Assembly (NCBI GenBank): GCA_946965045.2
Contig: OX337233.1
Span: forward strand, 868,001-932,000
Length of the DNA: 64,000 nt
From: Epithemia pelagica
Taxonomy: Eukaryota > Protista > Bacillariophyta
Direction: 5' to 3'
Positions within the stretch are counted from its first letter, which is position 1, and the number at the start of each line of letters is the position of its first letter. Below the pieces are notes generated by a model, which was not told the DNA's origin, ran no database searches, and saw only the letters and a program-made list of their open reading frames with translations. Below are positions 43,193 to 54,346 of this stretch, in pieces. A program made the position numbers and the translations under genes.

Positions 43193-44842
43193 TTGGGGTT
43201 CAGGAAAACCGCAAATTTTCATAAGACCCAACGAATTGAGAAAAAGAGCTCTTGCTGCAATCGACGCATGATCTTCCCACTTGCCAGGTTCTCAATTATG
43301 ACCCTTGCCACCATGCTCCACCGTCGACCGTGCGTAATCCGCAGCTTGGTCCATCGCCGTGCACCCTTATTGCGTTCGAGTCGTCCTACTATTGCCTATT
43401 GCAACCATTGGATCCTCGCCGGAAAACATGAAACCGATTGGCGGATGCACGAGGGGCTTCTTTCTAGGCGATCTTATTCTTCCAAGGATATCACCGCCCT
43501 GAGTCAAACTAGTAGGTCCAACGATCTTCAAGACGAGGCAGGCATCATGGACTCGGATGCAGAACCGTACGACGCATCCGGGTTGAAAAAACTCTTGGAT
43601 GTCATTGACCCGGCCGGCTCCTTTGCAACGTCGGGAACCTTTGCACTCCCCGGACTAAGCGCCAAAATTGAAATTGCCAGTGTTGGAACGATTGGATTGC
43701 CTCTCCACCCAGTCTTGGCCAAGTATATGAAAGACACTGTGGCGGAGAAGGCCCCGTTTGGACGAGGACCCGAAACATTACTGGACGAGTCGGTTCGCAA
43801 AGCATGGCAGATTGACCCCAGCCAAGTAACTATGACAGGATGGAAGGACACGGTTTCCAACGTGGTGAAAGAGGCATGTTACGAGCTTGGTATTTCCAAC
43901 GAAAATGTCCAAAACCTTGGCATTGAAGCTCATCTCTACAAGGTTCTCCTGTACGAAAAGGGTGGTCATTTCAAGGCACACAAGGACACGGTTAAGCAAG
44001 AAGGCATGTTTGGGACATTGGTCTTCCAGCTACCCAGTGTCTTTGAGGGCAGCGACAGTGTTGTGTCTCACCGTGGCGAGACCAAGCGGTTCAAGATATC
44101 CGAAGACTGTGAGACAACGTCTCAGTACATGGCATTTTATGGAGACTGTGAACATGAGATCATGCCGGTGACAGAGGGTTGGCGGTTCTGTTTGGTTTAC
44201 AATTTGGTCGTCACCAAGCCCCATCCAACGGGAGTTGTTCCGGATGGCAGTCAGCTGGAGTCAATGGTGAAGAAGCTTGAGATTGAGGCTGCCAAATGGA
44301 AAGCAAGCCCGACAGGAAAGTTGGGATACTGCTTGGATCATGAATACACGCTGGATAGCCTTGACTTTGGAAAGTTGAAGGGGCGCGATGCTGTCGTCAT
44401 GAGTGCATTGCGCCATGCGAAAGATGATGCTGGTAACCGCATGTTTGACCTCTGTCTTGTCTTTTTTTCTCAGATGGTTCAACTCACCCCTCATGAATAC
44501 GACAATCAGTATGATGTAGAAAAGATTATTTTTGAGGATGGGAGTAGTGTAACTGAACCAAAAACTACGCCACCCGCAGATATGAAGGCGATCAACATAT
44601 GGTGTGATAAGGTAATGTATACTTCCCATAAGGATGGGTTTGTAAAGGAAATGAAGGATCTTACGGATAAGGAAAGGACCAAGATCGAAGAGAATGATTA
44701 TTATGAAATACAGATTGGGAACCGTAAAGAAGTGGAGGTGGTGCACCATGATGCTGGAAACGAGGGAGGTGGACACACGACGTGGTATCGTTCGGCGGTT
44801 CTGGTCCTTCAACCTGCCTGCCAAAAGAGTGATGAGAGTTAA
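43193..44842 (+). CDS. 2OG-Fe(II) oxygenase, copy 3 (start codon uncertain)
   Basis: Intact ORF with HKD, HEI and GWR motifs. Confidence 0.88.
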   Translation: MGFRKTANFHKTQRIEKKSSCCNRRMIFPLARFSIMTLATMLHRRPCVIRSLVHRRAPLLRSSRPTIAYCNHWILAGKHETDWRMHEGLLSRRSYSSKDITALSQTSRSNDLQDEAGIMDSDAEPYDASGLKKLLDVIDPAGSFATSGTFALPGLSAKIEIASVGTIGLPLHPVLAKYMKDTVAEKAPFGRGPETLLDESVRKAWQIDPSQVTMTGWKDTVSNVVKEACYELGISNENVQNLGIEAHLYKVLLYEKGGHFKAHKDTVKQEGMFGTLVFQLPSVFEGSDSVVSHRGETKRFKISEDCETTSQYMAFYGDCEHEIMPVTEGWRFCLVYNLVVTKPHPTGVVPDGSQLESMVKKLEIEAAKWKASPTGKLGYCLDHEYTLDSLDFGKLKGRDAVVMSALRHAKDDAGNRMFDLCLVFFSQMVQLTPHEYDNQYDVEKIIFEDGSSVTEPKTTPPADMKAINIWCDKVMYTSHKDGFVKEMKDLTDKERTKIEENDYYEIQIGNRKEVEVVHHDAGNEGGGHTTWYRSAVLVLQPACQKSDES

Positions 44843-45754
44843 TCTATCCGCAGTCCTCAAAATGTGACTCCAACCAAGTAGTATTTGTAGTCTGAATCGC
44901 CTATGAGAACAAATAGAGATCTTGGCCGGTCCATTCTCCTTAAGCCCTATAAACACATCGTTTTACTACTCGTACTTCTTTCTATAAGTAGGGCGCGGGA
45001 ATCTTAGAAATACAAAATACAACCAACTTCGACCTCGCTGACAAGCCAATACAACGGCGCAAGTCCACTGCGCGTCGATCCACGGTTGTTCACCAAATGT
45101 TCCCTGTGCTTCTTTGTCGATCATTGCGAAAATGATCATGAAGAGTTGGAGCAGATTGACGATGGAAAGCGGGTGCGCACCAAGACTGGTGTGGTCTGTG
45201 ATGGTAGGCCGACACATTGATGGACCCTACAGTGCCCACGACGAGTTGGTAAAGGGGGAGGCTCCCAAGAGCGCCTTGGATAAGAGTAGCAACAATGACA
45301 ATGCTCGCAATGCGGGGGAACAAAAATCTACAGCTTTCGGGAGGATAATCCTAGATTCTTTGGACAACTCCATTGGGGAACCATTCTTCCGTCCTACTAC
45401 TTCCACCGGGGTTCTATGGTCCCCTGGAACTCCGATATCTCCAACACGAGCGAAATGCAAGTCCAGCAGGATTATCGCCACTACCTTTTGGCAATTCCGT
45501 ATGGCCATTCCGGACGTAGGTTCTCCAATGTCCTTGAGGAAAAGATGGTTCCAAACCGAAACACATACATAGGCAAGAGAGCAATCATTCAGACCTGGTG
45601 TGGCACGACCCTGATATGCAATCAAGTCGTCAATCATAGAATGTCTTTACGGTATGCATTGGGTCATCCAAGCCAAACACGTCGACACCGATTCTCGGAC
45701 TCACAAGCACACAGACAGATGTGAGAGTTTTTTAGTGTTGCTAGAGGACGTTGG

Positions 45755-46400
45755 CACTGGCCAATTCACACAGTCTCAGTGCCGAGGGCGTGGCCGCCAC
45801 ACCGGATCCCATCCTAGGAAATGTAGGTATAAGTGCCGGCATTTGCGTGGGCAATTTGACCGCACAGCACCAAAATGCCCGAACCGACCGTCCTGCCCAC
45901 ACCCAAGGCACTCAAATCCAGCAAGGACATGTGACAACGAGAAGAAGAAGAAGAAGAAGATAAAGGAGGAACAGTCCTCGAAGCATCGGTTGATGATGAT
46001 GATGACGGCGACATGAGAATGAGGAGGTGGAACGAATGGCACACCGTACCACTCTCTCTCTCTTTCGCTTTGTTTTTGGAACTGGTCGGTGTCGGTGCCT
46101 CGATCCACGACGGGGTGTTTTTATAGAGAGAGAGACCACAGTCACAGTCGTTCGAATCCCAATAATATTATATATGTTCTCGCTCCTCTTGTCTTTGCTG
46201 GTTCTGTTGTTGTTGATCTGTTCCAAGTGTCTTTGGCAATGGCCGTCGCGGTAGGAACTTTGGAAGCTCGCGTTTCAAACGCCCTTCGGTCACTCTTAAC
46301 GCGACTCTCCAAGGCGCCCATTCCGTCTCGGGCACCCACTTCGTAGCCAGCATCAAACGAGTTCGTGTTGGTGACAAAGATCGCAACTCGCAACATACTC
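45755..46400 (-). pseudogene. Second duplicated 5' flank and N-terminal fragment of the permease
   Basis: ATG at 46014 gives MSPSSSSSTDAS...MSLLDLSALGVGRTVGSGILVLCGQIAHANAGTYTYIS*. Confidence 0.85.
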
Positions 46401-47038
46401 TCCGCCCTCGTACTCGTAAGGATCGCCTCCCCCCATACTTCTTCTTTCGACCTTGTGGTGAACCGTTCGGTGAGACCTCAGTTTGTTGGTGTGGAGCCGG
46501 GCCCTCTCAAGGAACGAGCGGCAACGTCTCTCTCAGAGCGGCGGAACATCCCCCATTCTACGAGAGTACACATCACGACAGACGACCATGACGACCACCA
46601 CACACCCGTCGAACGATCGTGTCCCCATTCTCGCCGTGGTTGGTTGGTAGATTTGTAGTTTCTTGTCGTACCGACCATCCTTCTCCTCAGGATCGTCCTT
46701 TCGTTTTGGATCATGGCGACGACGACGACGATACGTACCAACCCCAAAGGATAAGGATCCGTCGGTCTTGCAACCATCTCCCCGTGTTGTGTTTGTGTTT
46801 GTGTTTGTGCCTGGAGTTCCTTTTCATTGGACCATTGAGAGTGGTGATATAGAATAGATTCATGGGTATACAGATTCTCGAATGGCGCGCAGACACGCGC
46901 ATAAAAAATGGAACTTGGATTCTTGGTGGTGGTATGACTCGTCGTTGTCCCTCTGTGTTTGTGTACTAGAGTGCGTGGCGTCGTCCTCGTGGTGGTTTCA
47001 CCACAGAGAACCGACCCTACGGAAGAAAGAGGAGGTAT

Positions 47039-47413
47039 TTGTCGTCGCTGGAATGCATCTATGTTCGGATCCTTCCTTCTCCCCATGGTTGGCCGGGACC
47101 AAACAAGCCACAAGGAGGATATCAGAACATGGTGGAGGAGGGTCCCGGTATGGATTGGACAAGAAGATATATCTGTTCTGGACGACCAATCACACCGCAG
47201 AGTTTGGATGGCCACACGACTACCATGGTGCAGCAGCAAGGTCCCTACAAGGAATCCATTCTCGACCATCACGACACTTTGTACGATATTCATGGAAAGT
47301 TGTTGACACGACACTATTCCTTACCCGTCCGAAGCAGCAACAGCAAAACTAGTCATTATCATCATCCTACCGTGGAGGAACCACCACCACCAACCAGAAC
47401 ACGGTCGTCATGA
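47039..47413 (+). pseudogene. Permease-paralogue 3'-end fragment
   Basis: VQQQGPYKESILDHHDTLYDIHGKLLTRHYSLPVRSS...RTRSS* matches the permease C-terminus. Confidence 0.8.
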
Positions 47414-48311
47414 GAGGAGAGAGCGGGTGTGACACGGAGGAACAGAGTAGCAACGCCACTCGGTGTAGAGTGGTGTACCAGTCGTCCATATTGTCATGAG
47501 TGCGATTTTTTGTTGGTTCCATGGGCCGAGAAGTGAGGCCATTTGGGGTGGCCGACTGATGGAACGAATTGGATCCAGTCAGCTGTTCCACCCCCATAAA
47601 CAATGCTTGGATGGGGAAGCACAGGCGCTTGATATCAACTGCCTCCGAAATACACGTAGCATCAAGAAGAAGGTCTCTAGCAACATTACAAACTGTCACA
47701 TTATGTTTGCCAATGATTCCGAGAATCGGTGTCGACGTGTTTGGTTTGGATGACCACTCTACCTCAAAGACATTCTATGATTGACGACTTGATTGGATAT
47801 CGTCCTTCCATCAGTCTCCTGTTGCGAAATGCTCTGTAGAGGCGGTCCAAGCTTGTTTCTCCATTGGAATGTGTGAATCATTGCTCTTTCGCGCTGATTC
47901 GATTTGAGTTGGACAAGGAAACGATTTTCCTCAGAGACATTTAAGAAAGGATTGGATTGGATATCATGCGTATATAGCCTACCCATGGAGGCATTCCAGT
48001 GTTATAACGGACTGAAGATCAATGGCGGTAACCTTCATTCACGTTACTAGAGTTTCAGTGCTCACCGCAAAACCTGAGAGGGAACAACTGCTGCTTCTTG
48101 TTGCAATCCACATGATCTTCCCACGTGTAAGGTCCTCACTCGTCGCCCTTAATCACCCCACGCTCGTGTGGTCCACCGTGCGTAATTCGCAGCGTGGAAC
48201 CTCTGCTATCAAGTAAAGTGTACTTTGCGAATCAAATCTGAACTTGGGGTTCAGGAAAACCGCAAATTTTCAGAAGACCCATCGAATTAAGAAAGCAATC
48301 CACAAATCATC

Positions 48312-49843
48312 ATGATCTTCCCACTTGCCAGGTCCTCACTTGTCGCCCTTGCCACCGTCCACCGTGCGTATTTCGCAGCGTGGTCCAGCACCGTATTGCC
48401 ACCATTGGATCCTCGCCGGGGGAAACCTGAAACCAGGTGGCGGATGGACGAGGGCCTTCTTTCTCGGCGATCTCATACTTCCAAGGATATCACCACCCTG
48501 AGTCAAACTAGTTCCAACGATCATCAAGACGAGGCAGCCATCATGGGGACTCGGATGAAGAACCGTACGACGCATCAGAATTGGAGAAACTCTTGGATGT
48601 TATCGACCCTGCCGGCTCCTTTGCAACGTCGGGAAACTTTGCATTCCCCGGATTAAACACCAAGATTGAAATTGCCCGTGTTGGAACAATTGCATTGCCT
48701 CTCCACCCGGTCTTGGCCAAATATATGAAAGACACTGTGGCGGAGAAGGCTCCGTTTGGAAGAGGACCCGAAACGTTACTGGACGAGTCGGTTCGCAAGG
48801 CATGGCAGATTGATCCAAGCCAAGTATCTATGACAGGATGGAAGGACACGGTTTCCAACGTGGTCAAACAGGCATGCTATGAGCTTGGTATTTCCAACGA
48901 AAATGTCCAAAACCTTGGCATTGAAGCTCATCTCTACAAGGTTCTCTTGTACGAAAAGGGCGGTCATTTCAAAACACATAAGGACACGGTTAAGCAAGAA
49001 GGCATGTTTGGGACATTGGTCCTCCAGCTACCCAGTGTCTTTGAGGGCAGCGACAGTGTTGTGTCTCACCGTGGCGAGACCAAGCGATTCAAGTTATCCA
49101 AGGACTGTGAGACAACGCCTCAGTACATGGCATTTTACGGAGACTGTGAACATGAAATCATGCCGGTGACAGAGGGTTGGCGGTTCTGTTTGGTGTACAA
49201 TATGGTTGTCACCAAGCCCCATCCGATGGGTGTTGTTCCGGATGGCAGTCAGCTGGAGCCAATGGTGAAGAAGCTTGAGATTGAGGCTGCCAAATGGAAA
49301 GCAAGCCCGACAGGAAAGTTGGGATACTGCTTGGATCACGAATACACGCTGGATAGCCTTGATTTTGGAAAGTTGAAGGGGCGCGATGCTGTGGTCATGA
49401 GTGCATTGCGCCATGCCAAAGATGACGCTGGTAACCGCATGTTTGACCTGTGTCTTGTCTTTTTCTCTCAGGAGGTTCTTGACTCCCCTGACGAATGCTA
49501 CAGTTTGTATGGAGTGCAAAAGATTATCTTTGAGGATGGGAGTAGTGTGACTGAACCGAAGAGTAAGCCTCCCGCAGGTATGAAGGGGATCAACATATGG
49601 TGTGATAAGGTAATGTATACTTCCCATAAGGATGGATTTATCAGGGAAATGAAGGATCTTACCGAGGAGGAAAGGGCCGACATCGAAGATGACGATATGC
49701 CTTATGAAATAGAGATTGGGAACCGTAAAGAAGTGGAGGTAGAGCACCATGATGCAGGAAACGAGGGAGGTGGACACACGACATGGTATCGTTCGGCGGT
49801 TTTGGTCCTTCAACCTGCCTGCCAAAAGAGTGATGAAAGTTAA
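48312..49843 (+). CDS. 2OG-Fe(II) oxygenase, copy 4; same +2 G frameshift as copy 2
   Basis: ATGGGGACTCG near 48543. Catalytic ORF 48581-49843 is intact. Confidence 0.8.
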
Positions 49844-51578
49844 AACTATATCCGCGGTCATCAAAATGTGACGCCAACCAAGTAGTATTTGTAATCCGAA
49901 TCGCCTATGAGAACAAAGAGAGTCCTTGGCCGGTCCATTCTCCTTAAGCCTTATAAACACATCGTTTTACCACTCGTACTTCTTTCTTTAAGTATAGCGC
50001 GGGGAACTTAGAACTACAACAAACCTCGACCTCGCTGAAAAGTCAATACAATGGCGCAAGTCCACTACAAGTGGAACCACGGTTGGTTACCAAATGTTCT
50101 TTGTCGACCATCCCGAAAATGACCATGAGGAGTTGGAGCAGATTGACGATGGAAAGCGGGTGCGCACCAAGACTGGTGTGGTCTGTGATGGTCTTGTTTT
50201 GGTCGTAGGCTGACACATTCATGCACCATACAATGCCCACGACGAGTTGGTAAAGGGGGAGGCCCTAATGAGCGCCTTGGATGAGGGAGTAGCAACAATG
50301 ACAATGCTTGCAATGAGGTCGAACAAATATCTACAGCTTTCAGGAAGATATTCCTACTCCTAAATTCTTTGGACAACTCCATTGGAAACCATTCTTCCGT
50401 CCTACAACTTCCACCGGGGTTGCATGGTCCCCTGGAACTCCGATATCTCCAACACGAGGGAGACCCGAAATGCATGTCCAGGATTATCGATGGTGGTGGT
50501 GGCAAGAACCAAGTATATAATAAAGATGATAAGGATGATAATGACAGGCCCGTAGCCATTACCTTTTGGCAATTTCGTATGGCCAATCCGGACGTGGTTC
50601 TCACATTGTATAGGGGAGCAAGTGGCGCGGGGTTCTTGGAAGGCCAGGTGTCAATGAACCATTGTTGCCATTCGGACAAGCCATTCCAGATGTTGCCACG
50701 GCCATTTCCTTTACACCGGAACCTTCTATGTTTGAACGATCCATTGTCCCATTCCACGTACATCCCAATAGACTCCATTGGTTGTCGTTCGTTTTTGCTC
50801 ACTAGGCCATCGTCCGGCGGTGCAAGATCTGTAGTGGTATTAGACGCGGCAAATGGACAACATCCAAACAAATGGTCAAGCTGTCAATTCGGCCTTTGAA
50901 AGTGTTGCGGCACTTGTCGATGCCATTCGAACCAAACTGAACAAGACAGATAGTTATGGCCGTTCGAAGGATACTGTACATGAGGACTCATAGGATTGGA
51001 ATGGCATCTTGGCGACCGTTGAACCAGCGCGCAAACCACCACATGCAGAACTGGTTCAGTGATTTGCCACAACATTGATGGCAAATCTTCTACTGGATAA
51101 GGCGGATGTAAAGGGCGCCTTCCTCAATTGGAGCAAAGGAGGAGGCGCGAAGATACCATGCAACTTGATACAATGCGACAGCCACCACGAGACCGACGAT
51201 GAATGTCCGAATGGAAAGCATTGGGGAGCGATTCTTATCAATCAATCCATCAAGACCGTCAAAGGGGGTCCCGGGAACGAGATCTTCTAGTAAGTTATCC
51301 AGTCGATGGACTCATTGGAATAACAGCGCCATTGTTGCGACGTAGACAAGATCCCATGTCATCAAAGATTTTCCCTCCAAGAAAAGATTCTCAAGAACGA
51401 TGGCACACCGACTGGACAAACGCACGGTTCTCGAGGCTATCCACCCTACCGGTGATTACACATCCAGCGAACCATTGGAATGGTGCAAAAAACGGACGAT
51501 TTACCCGTAAAACGAGCCTGCCCCCAACGAGCTTCATCCATCCATCAAATGAGAACTATAGGTCGGATTTTGATGAGC

Positions 51579-51832
51579 CCGCATCGTACCCCAAACAGGT
51601 CAAGAAGGGACCGACGGACGAACGCGGAAGAATGGATGACGCAAGACCTAGCATGAACTCAAGGTACACGTCATGGTTTGGCTGGAATGATTCTAGAGGA
51701 CACGTCAGAAGCATTGGGTCCTCCCCAGCCAACAACCGAACGAATGAATGATCACAAGTCAATGAAAAGCAGGAACACGATCGATATCAAGGATCTGATC
51801 ACCCATTGATCCGGTTGGAGTTTCTCTTTTTG
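51579..51832 (+). repeat. Split direct repeat A1
   Basis: Identical by eye to 53693-53946. Confidence 0.95.
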
Positions 51833-51926
51833 TGACCTCGATGATGCTCTGATCGATCCAAACGGGTTAGATGAGGTAGAGGACGACCCCTCTAGGTTTC
51901 AAGAAGCGCGAGATGGAGATCACTTT

Positions 51927-53168
51927 ATGTGCTCCTTTCAATGCGACGATTGTGTATTCTTCAATCTGAAGGGAAGATATCCAAAGAGCGAGTCGAAGCA
52001 GGATCAACTCTTGTGTATCTGCATCCGGCGAGCAATACTCGACTCCTTTTGGGCAAGAGAAAGATCCACCGTTGAAAAGAACTGTCGAGAACTGCGAAAT
52101 GTGCAAAAAATGGCGGAACTTATTGGTTTGAACGAACCCCTTCCAGAGCGAGGTCCGTTTCCGATTGGCGATCATCAAGGGATATCGATCGCTTGCATAC
52201 TCCTTATGAAAACACTGCAAGCCGGAAAAAATGCAAAGCACATTCAATTTGAGACCGCAAGAAAGGTGCGATCGGTGTTGTCCAACTTTATTCATACCAT
52301 ACCAGGAGGAACGGGAATGTCTACCATGGGAATGGGGGACAGAACATCTTTTACCTTCACCACCAGTCCAACAAACAGTCACTGGTTTAAAAGATTCATG
52401 GCCGGCTGCCACAGACGAATGGGTGATGTGTGGATTCCGGATCGAGCAGTTACGTTGGACGAAGTTCACTGTGGTTTGCGAATTCTTGAAAAGGAATGGG
52501 AAAGTTTCCCACAAGGTCAACGCCGATTGGAGGTGGCCTTGACTGGAGCCTTGATTGTAATCGGATTCTGCGCCGCGCTGAGAGGAGAAGAGATTCCTCA
52601 GGTTGACGTGGGTCTGATTCGCAAGTATTGGGAAGAGGGAATCCATTGCCCTGCTGTATCACATGTACCTCTTGCGCTCGGGGGACGATTCAAGCAAACA
52701 GATGGGACGTTTCGTTTATACGTGCAACCATTGGCTGAAAAGTCGAGCTCCGGTATTGAAATTCGAAAATGGATTGAGCGTAGTATCAGGGAACTGCATC
52801 TCCGGAAAGTAACTCATGGACCGCTCTTTCGGCGCGTATCCAAAACCAGAAAGGTTCAACGGGCACTCATTGGCGACCTTGATCAGTTGTTTCATGACTT
52901 GTGGAAGAGAATTCGGCATCAGAGGCCGGATATCATTCCAGAAACGGTAAAGGTCGAAGAGGAGTACAGTGCTCGCAGGTCGTTTAGGCGAGGCGCCACG
53001 ACAACCGCTCAAAACAGGAAAATAGACGGAGAGGTAATCGAAATGAATAACCGTTGGCGAAAACATTTGAAGAGCCGAGGAGTTCTCCCGGGAATGACGA
53101 TGATGGAACGATACACCGATGCCAAGGCATCAGTCGAGGCTCTTGTGCAGTTTTCGGAAGGTTTATAA
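51927..53168 (+). CDS. Tyrosine recombinase
   Basis: GDHFMCSFQCDDC N-terminal motif, FCAALRGEEI (R), RRSFRRGATT, NRWR and MERYTD (Y). Confidence 0.9.
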   Translation: MCSFQCDDCVFFNLKGRYPKSESKQDQLLCICIRRAILDSFWARERSTVEKNCRELRNVQKMAELIGLNEPLPERGPFPIGDHQGISIACILLMKTLQAGKNAKHIQFETARKVRSVLSNFIHTIPGGTGMSTMGMGDRTSFTFTTSPTNSHWFKRFMAGCHRRMGDVWIPDRAVTLDEVHCGLRILEKEWESFPQGQRRLEVALTGALIVIGFCAALRGEEIPQVDVGLIRKYWEEGIHCPAVSHVPLALGGRFKQTDGTFRLYVQPLAEKSSSGIEIRKWIERSIRELHLRKVTHGPLFRRVSKTRKVQRALIGDLDQLFHDLWKRIRHQRPDIIPETVKVEEEYSARRSFRRGATTTAQNRKIDGEVIEMNNRWRKHLKSRGVLPGMTMMERYTDAKASVEALVQFSEGL

Positions 53169-53257
53169 GGAGAGAAGACGGAGGAAGGAGGTGACAGGAC
53201 AGAGGTGCCAAATCAACCGGCACAGCGGAATTGAGAACGGAGTACTATACCAAAATG

Positions 53258-53694
53258 GGGGATTGGCTTGGCGTACCTCTTCGGAGTGACGCCTAGCTCG
53301 TTTGCTGTTGTCAGCTTGCCTGCGGACCTTCAAAAAACTATCCTGCAGACGTTGACCCTGGCATGGCTGCCATGGGAGATACGGCAAGACACTTGTGGAG
53401 CTATTTCAGGGTGTCTTGGCTCCGTTATGGGGTTTGCACAAGGGATGGCTACGAGGTGGGAAGCACACTCGCGCACAATGGACAGAAATCTGACGGGATT
53501 CCGAGTCCCGTCAATTCTGGAACGAAACACAATGCCCGCCCTCCTTGTAAAAGGAAGGGTGGGGGGCACCGCCCCCCCAGAGTACTGGTATACGTAACTG
53601 TATTGTAATATGAGAGTTAGTGAGAGAGGTCGTTATTCTTAAGTGGAGTGAATACGGCCAAGACAGGAAGGATGACAAGTAAGGAAGAAGTACC
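53258..53694 (+). repeat. Split direct repeat B1
   Basis: Matches B2 with two T/C differences seen. Confidence 0.95.
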
Positions 53695-53946
53695 GCATCG
53701 TACCCCAAACAGGTCAAGAAGGGACCGACGGACGAACGCGGAAGAATGGATGACGCAAGACCTAGCATGAACTCAAGGTACACGTCATGGTTTGGCTGGA
53801 ATGATTCTAGAGGACACGTCAGAAGCATTGGGTCCTCCCCAGCCAACAACCGAACGAATGAATGATCACAAGTCAATGAAAAGCAGGAACACGATCGATA
53901 TCAAGGATCTGATCACCCATTGATCCGGTTGGAGTTTCTCTTTTTG
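53693..53946 (+). repeat. Split direct repeat A2
   Basis: Directly abuts B1 at GTA-CCG-CAT. Confidence 0.95.
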
Positions 53947-54346
53947 CCCACCCACCCACCCGGGGATTGGCTCGGCGTACCTCTTCGGAGTGACGCCTAG
54001 CTCGTTTGCTGTTGTCAGCTTGCCTGCGGACCTTCAAAAAACTATCCTGCAGACGTTGACCCTGGCATGGCTGCCATGGGAGATACGGCAAGACACTTGT
54101 GGAGCTATTTCAGGGTGTCTTGGCTCCGTTATGGGGTTTGCACAAGGGATGGCTACGAGGTGGGAAGCACACTCGCGCACAATGGACAGAAATCTGACGG
54201 GATTCCGAGTCCCGTCAATTCTGGAACGAAACACAATGCCCGCCCTCCTTGTAAAAGGAAGGGTGGGGGGCACCGCCCCCCCAGAGTACTGGTATACGTA
54301 ACTGTATTGTAATATGAGAGTCAGTGAGAGAGGTCGTTATTCTTAA

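Noticed and set aside
28593-49843. Diversity-generating retroelement as the cause of 2OG variability
   Set aside because: Substitutions are not adenine-restricted (for example GAG/CCT and TCC/TTG), there is no invariant template repeat, and the only RT is DIRS/Ngaro type.
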